From Actinomycetota bacterium (GTDB lineage: Bacteria > Actinomycetota > UBA4738 > HRBIN12): a DNA stretch of 64,000 bases. This document shows, in pieces, positions 26,845 to 34,497 of the stretch. The number at the start of each line of letters is the position of its first letter. Position 1 is the first letter of the stretch. The stretch is from NCBI GenBank assembly GCA_036281075.1, contig DASUPO010000098.1:5082-69081 (forward strand). The letters are read 5' to 3'. A program made the translations under genes and the position numbers. The notes beneath the pieces were generated by a model, which saw only the letters and a program-made list of their open reading frames with translations, searched no databases and was not told where the DNA came from.

Positions 26845-28152
26845 ATGGGGATGAATCCCGACGCGCTCAGACCGGCACTCACCGTCGTCGTCCCCGTGTG
26901 GGGCGAGGAACGAGAGTTGCCTCGACTGCTCCCGCTGCTCCGTTCCATGCTCGATCATCTCGAGCTGGACAGCGCGATCCTGGTTTCCGCTGCGTCTCCC
27001 TCGGCCTCGTTGACCGACCTCGTGGACGAGGAGAAGGCGACGCTGGTCCGGGCGCCGGGTCCCGGGTACGGAGAGGTCCTCCGGGCCGGGCTGGAGGCCG
27101 CCGACGGCGAATGGATCCTGACGATGGACGCCGACTTCGCGAACATCGCCGACTTCGTGCCCGTGATCTGGAGGCAGCGCGACCGCGCCGAGGTCGTGAT
27201 CGGTTCGCGCTACGTGCGGGGAGCCGTGGCACAGATGCGCCTCAGCCGGTCGGTCCTCAGCCGGCTGCTGAACTGGCTCTATCGAACGATCCTCTCGCTC
27301 CCGTTCCGGGATCTGTCGAGCGGCTTCCGTCTCTACCGGCGTCGGGTCCTCCACGACGTCGCACCGTTGCAGGCGCGTGGGCTCGACATCCTGCCCGAGA
27401 TCCTGGTGAAGGCGATCTGTCAGGGGTGGACGGTCGCCGAGGTGCCGTTCTGGTACCGGGGCGGAAGGCCCTGGACGCGGGCCCGGATGCTGCGCTTCGG
27501 ACGGGGGTACCTCGGGACGCTGGGATCCCTCTTCAGCTTGCGGAACTCGGTCCGAGCCGCCGACTACGACAATCGAGCGTTCGACTCCTGGATCCCGCTG
27601 CAGCGGTACTGGCAGCGAAGGCGCTTCGAGATCATCAGGAACTTCGCCTCGCCGGTCGCGGGCACACGTGTCCTGGATATCGGGTGTGGGTCGAGTCGCA
27701 TCGTGCAGACGATCCCCGGCGTGATCGGTCTGGATCTCTCGCTTCGCAAGCTCCGGTGGCTCCGGGGCCCCGGACGACACCTGCTACAGGGGCACCTGAG
27801 CCAACTCCCGTTCGGCGACCGGACGTTCGACACCATCATCTGCTCCGAGGTGATCGAGCACATCCCGAAAGAGCAGGTGAAGCTCGAGGAACTGAGGCGG
27901 GTGCTCCAACCGGGTGGTCTGCTCGTGCTCGGAACGCCCGACTACAGCCGCGTCCGTTGGCTCGTCCTGGAATGGATCTACGGCAAGGTCTTCCCGAACG
28001 GTTACGTGAAGGAGCACATCAACCGCTACACGAGGGACGGTCTCCGCCGAGAGCTGCAAGGGATAGGGCTCCAGATCGTCGCGGAGGATTACGTGGGTGG
28101 CTCAGAGTTGATCCTCGCTGCCCGCCTGCCGATCGATCCATCCCTGGAGTAG
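26845..28152 (+). CDS. bifunctional GT2 glycosyltransferase – class-I SAM-dependent methyltransferase fusion
   Basis: The N-terminal ~250 aa form a GT2 domain (VVVPVWGEE, TMDADFAN, SSGFRLYRR). The C-terminal half has MTase motif I (VLDIGCGSS) and LLVLGTPD. Alternative starts are GTG 26785 and ATG 26851. Confidence 0.75.
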   Translation: MGMNPDALRPALTVVVPVWGEERELPRLLPLLRSMLDHLELDSAILVSAASPSASLTDLVDEEKATLVRAPGPGYGEVLRAGLEAADGEWILTMDADFANIADFVPVIWRQRDRAEVVIGSRYVRGAVAQMRLSRSVLSRLLNWLYRTILSLPFRDLSSGFRLYRRRVLHDVAPLQARGLDILPEILVKAICQGWTVAEVPFWYRGGRPWTRARMLRFGRGYLGTLGSLFSLRNSVRAADYDNRAFDSWIPLQRYWQRRRFEIIRNFASPVAGTRVLDIGCGSSRIVQTIPGVIGLDLSLRKLRWLRGPGRHLLQGHLSQLPFGDRTFDTIICSEVIEHIPKEQVKLEELRRVLQPGGLLVLGTPDYSRVRWLVLEWIYGKVFPNGYVKEHINRYTRDGLRRELQGIGLQIVAEDYVGGSELILAARLPIDPSLE

Positions 28153-28394
28153 GCCGCACGGCACGAGCGACTCCACGGGCGTGCCGTCGGATCGGTTCGA
28201 CGCGGCGATAGGTACGGGACGCCCGTAGGATCCGTGGCGATCCAGCGTCCCAAGATCCGGCTCGGGCGAAGGAGCCTTCGACGACACGGGGAGCGATCGG
28301 CATCGCGGAGGACGAGCCAGTCTCGGGCAGATCCTTCGGCCTCGGAGAAGCGCTGATCGCGGCGGGGGCGCTCGTCACGGGATGGCTACTCGCT

Positions 28395-30248
28395 GTGCTC
28401 GCCTACCTCCGGGCGTTCGGCGACGCCGTCTTCCCGTTGGGCCCCGATGTGTTCGGCTACATCTGGCAGACCCGTCTCGTTGGGCAGGCTCCGCTGTCGG
28501 TGATCGAAGCCCGACCGGGGGTGCCGGTTCTCGGTTCGGTGCTCGCCGGTTCCGGCATCATCTCCGACCGCGCAGCCACGTTCGTCCTCGCACCGGTGCT
28601 GATCGTCGCGCTCGGGTTCGCGGTGGCGATCTCGGTTCGCCTCGCCTTCCGGCTTCCTGGGTGGGCCATCGGGGTCGTCGGCTTCGGAGTCGCGTTATGG
28701 GGCGGTTCGCTCAACCTCTCCCAAGGACACGTTGCGAACCTACTGAGTGTGGTCTGCATCGTGCCAGCCATCCTCCTGGTCGCCATCCCGAGCGGCTCGT
28801 GGCCGGTCCAGACGATCGGGGCGATCGCCGCGATCACCGCGTCAGGCCTGGCGCATGCCGGGACGCTGCCGTTCTTCGCGGCCACCGGTCTCCTTTGGGT
28901 GGTGCTCTCCGTTCCCTCGATCGCTCGGGCGCGCCGAGAAGGCAGTCGTTGGTGGCGTGAACCGTCGTGCTCATTCACGTTCGCCCTCGTCGTCGCGAGC
29001 ACGATCGTGGCGGTCGCGATCATCGGTCTGTTCGGCGTGGGTGTCGAGGACTTCACGAACATCGACGATCGCGTCTTCTCGTTCGCCACCCGTCTGCGGC
29101 AGATCGTGCGATCGGTCGGGTTGTGGGTGACGCCGACGACGGTCCTCGCTTCGATCGGCCTCGTGGCGGTGTGGAGGTTGGCGCGACCCTCGTCCCGGGC
29201 GCTCACCCGCTTCGGGCTCGCGTTGTCGATCGTTTCGATCGTGGGTGCGCTCATCGCAGCCGTCGATCCGATGGTGCCGGGCCATCGCGCGCTGGGGATG
29301 ATCCTCCCGATCCCGACGTTGGCAGGGCTCGGGATCGTCGGGCTCGCGCTCGCCGTGATCGCCGGAAGGTCGGGACAGAACAGCGGGCGCTCCGTTCGAG
29401 TCGTTCGGATCCTCGTCGCTGTCGGGGTGGTGGTTGCCCTGAGCGCGCTCGTCGTGTCGCCAGGCCTCCAACGGCTTGCGAAGCGAGCCCGCGCGAGGCC
29501 GATGGGGAAGCCCGCACAGGCGATCGCCTCGTATGTCGCGGCCGTCGAGCCGGCGGGGCCCGTGGTGGTCTTCGTCGACCCCGCCACGAAACTCGACGCG
29601 TTGTCCTGGCGCGGACGGCAGAACCAGATCCGGGCACTCGCCCCGGCTCCGTTCGTCGACCGGATCTTCGTCCTGGTCGGTCGACTCGGTGCGAACGGCC
29701 AGCCCGAGAAGGCGGTTGCTCCGGGCAAGGTCGAACGCCGGGCCTTCGAGTACGCGGTCGAGCAGAGCTGGTCCGCAGGCGGGGCGGCGTTGCGGGACGA
29801 TGCGGTCGTCTTGGTGCCACGGTCGCACGTCAGTCCGCAGTTCTGGAACCAGGTCACGTCTGACCCGTCCAGGGTCGTGATGCCAAGCCTGGCAGTGCTG
29901 CGAGGGCCGCTCGAGTCGCCTGAGGGGTTGGTGCCGATGGCTCGGCTGCGGGTCGAGGAGGCCGTGGGAAGGATCATCATCGCTCTTCTCGCGCTCGCGC
30001 TGCTGGGCGCAGGGTACGGCCTGTCCATCGCCGGGAACCGAGGCGGGAGCTGGCTCGACGGCATCGGGCTCGCCCCGAGCGTGGGCGCGATCCTCGTCGT
30101 CCTGGCCGGCGTCGCGGTCGCGGCGATCGGCAGTGATCCAGGTGGTCCCTTCGGCCTTGCCGTGGTCGGCCTGGGATCAGGCGTCGGCTACCTGATCGCG
30201 TGGCGACGCTGGCGTCGCACGATGTGGCAAGGACGGCACGTCGCTTGA
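28395..30248 (+). CDS. large polytopic membrane protein, paralog 4 of 4
   Basis: Listed from GTG 28395. By comparison with the paralogs, the first TM helix (EALIAAGALVTGWLLAVLAYL) is encoded upstream with no canonical start in frame. The candidate start is ATC 28302, preceded by GGGGAG at an 8-nt spacing. The shared motifs GPDVFGYIWQTRLVG and GSDPGGPFGLAVVGLG are present. Confidence 0.7.
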   Translation: MLAYLRAFGDAVFPLGPDVFGYIWQTRLVGQAPLSVIEARPGVPVLGSVLAGSGIISDRAATFVLAPVLIVALGFAVAISVRLAFRLPGWAIGVVGFGVALWGGSLNLSQGHVANLLSVVCIVPAILLVAIPSGSWPVQTIGAIAAITASGLAHAGTLPFFAATGLLWVVLSVPSIARARREGSRWWREPSCSFTFALVVASTIVAVAIIGLFGVGVEDFTNIDDRVFSFATRLRQIVRSVGLWVTPTTVLASIGLVAVWRLARPSSRALTRFGLALSIVSIVGALIAAVDPMVPGHRALGMILPIPTLAGLGIVGLALAVIAGRSGQNSGRSVRVVRILVAVGVVVALSALVVSPGLQRLAKRARARPMGKPAQAIASYVAAVEPAGPVVVFVDPATKLDALSWRGRQNQIRALAPAPFVDRIFVLVGRLGANGQPEKAVAPGKVERRAFEYAVEQSWSAGGAALRDDAVVLVPRSHVSPQFWNQVTSDPSRVVMPSLAVLRGPLESPEGLVPMARLRVEEAVGRIIIALLALALLGAGYGLSIAGNRGGSWLDGIGLAPSVGAILVVLAGVAVAAIGSDPGGPFGLAVVGLGSGVGYLIAWRRWRRTMWQGRHVA

Positions 30249-30257
30249 GCCTGCAGC

Positions 30258-30509
30258 TCAGGATGTTCGCGAGCGGCCATCGCGCGCGACGATCCGGAGA
30301 TCCCGAACGAACGCATCGAACGACTCCCGACGTTCGCGACCGGTCCGTGAACGCAGGATCGACCATCGCGATCCGGGCGCTCGCCCTCCCTCGCCGAACA
30401 CCGTCAGGGTGGCGTGCCGGTGGAGATCGTAGGCACGGCACCCAGTGGCGGCCGCCCGGGGTGCGGGGAGCGTCGTGCGCTCGGGAACGATGTCCGCTGC
30501 GGATCCCAT
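30258..30509 (-). pseudogene. decayed family-4/UdgX-like uracil-DNA glycosylase remnant (internal deletion, lost Fe-S cysteine)
   Basis: The 83-aa ORF aligns to the N-terminal 42 aa (MGSAADIVPERTTLPAPRAAATGCRAYDLHRHATLTVFGEGG) and the C-terminal 30 aa (SILRSRTGRERRESFDAFVRDLRIVARDG) of the intact copy at 32707..33330. It lacks the ~125-aa catalytic core. Confidence 0.6.
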
Positions 30510-30597
30510 GCAGGATCCCTGCCCGTCATCGAGATGTGCTACGCCCAGGTCGGGAACGAGGGAGAGGGCGAAGAGCCAGATGAGGGGTCGATGGGCG

Positions 30598-31995
30598 CTA
30601 CCAGGCGAACCCCGGTGGGGTGGGGGAGCAGTGAGCCCTCACCCATCGGCGCAGATTGGCGACCCGGGTCCGTTTCGAAGGGGCCGACGATCGATCGTCC
30701 AACTCCCACGGGTCAGCACGGTAATCGTAGTACTCCTCCTCCCGCGTCGGATACCGGACGAAGAGTTCGTATCGGGTTCGCACGCCGCAGTATGGCGGAG
30801 CAACGCTAGAACTCTGCTGTCCGTGTTCGATCAGTGCCCGGGCCCTGACGCGGAGACGGTCTCCCCGCAGGATCGGGAGGAGACTCGTCCCGTCCATCGG
30901 GGGCGCTTCCATGCCGACGAGCTCGGCGATCGTGGGAGCGATGTCGATCGTCAAGATGATCTCGTTCGACGATCTCCGGGATCCGAGGAGGGGATCGTAC
31001 CTGACAACGAACGGGACCTGATGCCCGGCCTTCCACGGGAAGGCCTTCCCCATCGATCGATGTTCGCCCAAGAGGAGACCGTTGTCGGACGTGAACACGA
31101 TCAGCGTGTTCGATAGCCTGTCGCTCGCCGCCAACGCGTCCATGATGACGCGGAGCCCTGCGTCCACCGACCGCATCGACTCGAACATCCTCCTGCGCAA
31201 CGCGTCGACGTCCTGTCGCTTCGGAGCTGCCCAGATCGATTTGGCGCGGACCCAGGCCGGCTTGTCGGAGACATCCTTCTCCATGTAGTTCGGTGGACGC
31301 GACGGCGGCAGGCTCGCGTAGCTCCCCGCGTCGTGGACCTCCGGGTGGGCGGGTGCGTGGGGCCCATCAGGGGTCCACATCACGAACGTCGGTGCTTCCG
31401 GCTGCGCTAGGAGGAACTCCGCGGCACGCTGCGCGGACTCGGTCGCCGAATACACGTCATCGCCGAACGACGTGACCGATCCGTCGATGCTCGCGTCGAA
31501 GCCGTAGTAGGAGCAGCAGTTCTCGCGGAACGCGAACCATGCGTCCCAGCCCTGAGGGACGTGGGTCGGGTCGACGTCGGCCCAATGGTTCAGATACTTC
31601 CCGAACAGGCCGGTTCGATAGCCCGCGTCCTGGAGCCACGTCGCCAACGTGGACGATTCATCGAAGTTCGCATAACCACCTTCCAGAGTGTTCCGCCACA
31701 CGTTCGTCGTATGGGAATGGTTGCCCGTCAGGATGCTCGCGCGCGCCGGGCAGCACAGCGCATGTGGCACGTAGGCGTTCCCGAAACGAGCGCCATGTGC
31801 GACGAGTCGCTCGAGGAGTACGGGCATCGCCGAGAGCGTTTCGGGTCGCTGGTCATCGGTGACGATCAGCACGATGCTCGGTCTGTCGTCGCTCTGTGCC
31901 TGTGCGGATATGAGGAGGTCGCCGGGGCGGCTGAACAGCGGGACCAGCAGCAGGATGGCCGAAGCCGCAGCGACGCGCCGCATGCTCGATCGCAT
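30598..31995 (-). CDS. exported sulfatase (formylglycine-dependent, arylsulfatase / N-sulfoglucosamine-sulfatase family)
   Basis: CCPARASILTG is the C-x-P-x-R FGly motif. The N-terminal sulfatase metal-site region LIVTDDQR is present, as is a signal peptide (MRSSMRRVAAASAILLLVPLFS). Confidence 0.85.
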   Translation of the reverse strand: MRSSMRRVAAASAILLLVPLFSRPGDLLISAQAQSDDRPSIVLIVTDDQRPETLSAMPVLLERLVAHGARFGNAYVPHALCCPARASILTGNHSHTTNVWRNTLEGGYANFDESSTLATWLQDAGYRTGLFGKYLNHWADVDPTHVPQGWDAWFAFRENCCSYYGFDASIDGSVTSFGDDVYSATESAQRAAEFLLAQPEAPTFVMWTPDGPHAPAHPEVHDAGSYASLPPSRPPNYMEKDVSDKPAWVRAKSIWAAPKRQDVDALRRRMFESMRSVDAGLRVIMDALAASDRLSNTLIVFTSDNGLLLGEHRSMGKAFPWKAGHQVPFVVRYDPLLGSRRSSNEIILTIDIAPTIAELVGMEAPPMDGTSLLPILRGDRLRVRARALIEHGQQSSSVAPPYCGVRTRYELFVRYPTREEEYYDYRADPWELDDRSSAPSKRTRVANLRRWVRAHCSPTPPGFAW

Positions 31996-32706
31996 GTGAA
32001 TCCACCCACCCCCAGGATCGATCAGTTGCTCACAGAAGCGATCAGTCTCCCATGGATCTGTCGAAAGATACCGGTCTCTACCCATCCGGCGTACCTCCCT
32101 CGGTCCGGGGTCACCGCGATGCGTCCGGGTCTCCTGGAGCGAGTCAGGGTCTCGTTGACGTACGACCGGGCGACAACGTCTCGGTCCAGGTGATGGAGAT
32201 GATCCGCCACGTCGTCGAAGGCCGATGTACGAGTAGGTCGTCGACCAGGATCGTTCATCCCGGCCTCGAAGGCCGAGGCTCCAGCGGTCTCGTGGTGGTC
32301 CCGCCGCTCGCGCCGTCGGATCATCCGGCGCTGGGTCGGAACATCCGCCCGGGCGATAACTGGACGGTCAGCGTCCTGAACGCTCTGCGATCGAGCCCCG
32401 AGTGCGACTCCACGAGTCGTGTTTCTCGTCTGGGACGACTTCGGCAGCTTCCACGACGGCGTCCCACCACCGCACTTGGACATCTACGGCATGGGACCGA
32501 GAGCGCCGGCGATCCCTGTCCCCCTGGGGCAAGCAAGTGGTCTCTCGTCCATCCTGCGCCTCATCGAGGACTCCATGGGCTTCCCGCGTTGGCAGACAGG
32601 GACCGCCGCGCGAACGCATGCTCGAATGTTCGACTTCGAGCAGCAGCAGCTGGAGCCCCTGGTCCTTCCTATCCGTGGGTTGGCTGCAACCCTAGGGAGC
32701 GGCCCG

Positions 32707-33330
32707 TCAGGCGGCCGACAGGCCCCGCCGCACGACGCGGAGATCCGCGACGAGCCCGTCGAACGCCTCGCGTCGCTCGCGATCCGTCCGTGTCCGGAGG
32801 ATCGAGGACGGGTGCACCGTGGCGGTGACGAGCGGCGCGAGCGCGGACTCGACGAACGTGCCGCGTTGCTGCGTGACGCGGAACGCGCGACCGAGCAGCG
32901 CCTGCGCCGCGGTCGCGCCGAGGAGGACGAGCACCTCCGGCTCGGTGCGCGCGAGCTCGGCCTCGAGCCACGGCGAGCATGCGCGGATGTGCTCCATGTC
33001 GGGCTTCTTGTGGATGCGCTTCTTCCCGCGAAGCACGAAGCGGAAATGCTTCACGACGTTCGTGACGTAGATCTCGTCCCGGTCCAGCCCGGCTTCGTGG
33101 ATCGCTCGATCGAGGATCCCGCCGGCCGGTCCGACGAACGGTTTCCCCGCGAGGTCCTCCTTGTCGCCCGGCTGCTCGCCGACCATCACGATCCGAGCAG
33201 CCGTCGGTCCCTCCCCGAACACCGTCTGGGTGGCATCTCGGTACAGGTCACATCCCCGGCACGCATCCGCCGCCTTCCGAAGCGAGGGGAGCGTCGTGCG
33301 TGCGGGCAGGAAGTCGGCCGCGGACGTCAT
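32707..33330 (-). CDS. udgX: UdgX-type (family-4-like) uracil-DNA glycosylase
   Basis: Near-collinear match to M. smegmatis UdgX as recalled: [48 protein letters not shown], and the UdgX-specific insertion [10 protein letters not shown] containing the KRRIH-type His loop. Confidence 0.85.
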   Translation of the reverse strand: MTSAADFLPARTTLPSLRKAADACRGCDLYRDATQTVFGEGPTAARIVMVGEQPGDKEDLAGKPFVGPAGGILDRAIHEAGLDRDEIYVTNVVKHFRFVLRGKKRIHKKPDMEHIRACSPWLEAELARTEPEVLVLLGATAAQALLGRAFRVTQQRGTFVESALAPLVTATVHPSSILRTRTDRERREAFDGLVADLRVVRRGLSAA

Positions 33331-33359
33331 GGACCCTCCGTACCCGGGTCGGGCTCGCG

Positions 33360-34148
33360 CTACTCGGCGCGATCGAGGTCGAGCAGACGGGCCATCTCCG
33401 TCACGAACGAGCGCGCCTCGTGCACGTGCGCTGGGTCGTCGTCGTCCTCGTCACTCGCCGGCGGATCACGCCAACCGGTCGCTCGGTCGATCACGCGGGC
33501 CCATCGGGGGAACGCGGCGCGGGCTCGCAACCCCGCGGCCCGCTTCGTCAGCCGCTCGCCGTGGCGCAGCGCGTACAGACCGCGGCACATCGTCAGAACG
33601 GCGTACGACCGCGATCCCGCCGAAGCATCGTCGTCGAACCGGTCGGGAAAACGCGCCAAGTAGCGTCGCACCTCGTCGAGGTACTCCGCCTCGGGGATCT
33701 CGGGGATCACGCTGTCGATCCGCGGTCCGACGATCGTGATGGCGTGCTGTCGAGCTGGATGCCAGTCGAGGATGAACTCGCGGCCGGCCTCGAGGACGTG
33801 GAACGGCTCACCGGGACTGATCCTGGCGACGGTGGTCGAGTGCGAGCGGCATCCGGCGAGGCCCTGTGCCGAGATGTAGTCGAGGTCGATGCGGTCCTGC
33901 CACGCGGGGGTCGCGAGGACGAGCCGGTCGTGCATGGCCCGGAGGCGAGCGACCAGCTGGTCGTCGGGGACTCGCTGGAGGACCGCGATCAGGTCGATGT
34001 CGCTGACGTTCGGCTCGAAGTCGCCCGTGGCCGCCGAGCCATAGACGAAGAGTCCCACGAGCTCGTCAGAAGCGGTCTCCACGATCGCATCCCGGATCGC
34101 GGTGACGATCGAGCGGGCAGCCGGATCGATGGTGTCCAGAGCCCGCAT
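33360..34148 (-). CDS. nucleotidyltransferase-domain protein with DUF4111 C-terminal region (ANT(9)/AadA-like adenylyltransferase family)
   Basis: The NTase motif is [20 protein letters not shown]. The C-terminal helical domain follows the pattern seen in AadA-like proteins. Confidence 0.65.
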   Translation of the reverse strand: MRALDTIDPAARSIVTAIRDAIVETASDELVGLFVYGSAATGDFEPNVSDIDLIAVLQRVPDDQLVARLRAMHDRLVLATPAWQDRIDLDYISAQGLAGCRSHSTTVARISPGEPFHVLEAGREFILDWHPARQHAITIVGPRIDSVIPEIPEAEYLDEVRRYLARFPDRFDDDASAGSRSYAVLTMCRGLYALRHGERLTKRAAGLRARAAFPRWARVIDRATGWRDPPASDEDDDDPAHVHEARSFVTEMARLLDLDRAE

Positions 34149-34179
34149 GAAGCGATGCTCGTCGCCGACACGACGTGCG

Positions 34180-34425
34180 CTAGCCGAGGTAGCCCTCGAC
34201 CGTACGCTCGTCGCGAACCTTCGCCTCGTCGGGGTTCATCCCGGCGTCGCGCCGCGCGCGGCGCTGGTGCAGCAGGTCGTAACACTGGTCGAGCTTCACG
34301 CTGAGCCCGTGGAGCCGTTCCCGCTCCTGGTCGCTGATCTCGCCTCGACCCTCCTTCTCCCACAGCTGGTGCTCCTCGTGCGCGATCTCGTTGATCCGCT
34401 CGATCACGTCCTGATCCTGTTCCAT
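34180..34425 (-). CDS. DUF2630-family small protein
   Basis: The INEIAHEEHQLWEK...LDQCYDLLHQRRARRD pattern is typical of the actinobacterial DUF2630 family. Confidence 0.6.
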   Translation of the reverse strand: MEQDQDVIERINEIAHEEHQLWEKEGRGEISDQERERLHGLSVKLDQCYDLLHQRRARRDAGMNPDEAKVRDERTVEGYLG

Positions 34426-34483
34426 CGGCGCTCCCCTCGGTCGGGCTCCACCCTAGACATGCTCGACGCCTCCGTCCTACTAT

Positions 34484-34497
34484 CGAACATGTGTTCG
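34484..34497. promoter_or_regulatory. LexA/SOS (Cheo) box CGAACATGTGTTCG overlapping the dnaE2 start
   Basis: Perfect CGAAC-N4-GTTCG palindrome. It sits in the divergent region between DUF2630 and dnaE2. Confidence 0.7.

Noticed and set aside
28382-28960. 192-aa ORF in an alternative frame at the start of membrane paralog 4
   Set aside because: Arg-rich off-frame translation. The frame-0 product aligns with three paralogs.
32022-32483. 153-aa ORF (-) and 414-aa ORF 32419..33663 (+) in the unassigned gap upstream of the sulfatase
   Set aside because: No recognisable domain. The second ORF overlaps udgX antisense. Composition is consistent with GC-driven open frames. Kept only as a possible remnant in a finding.
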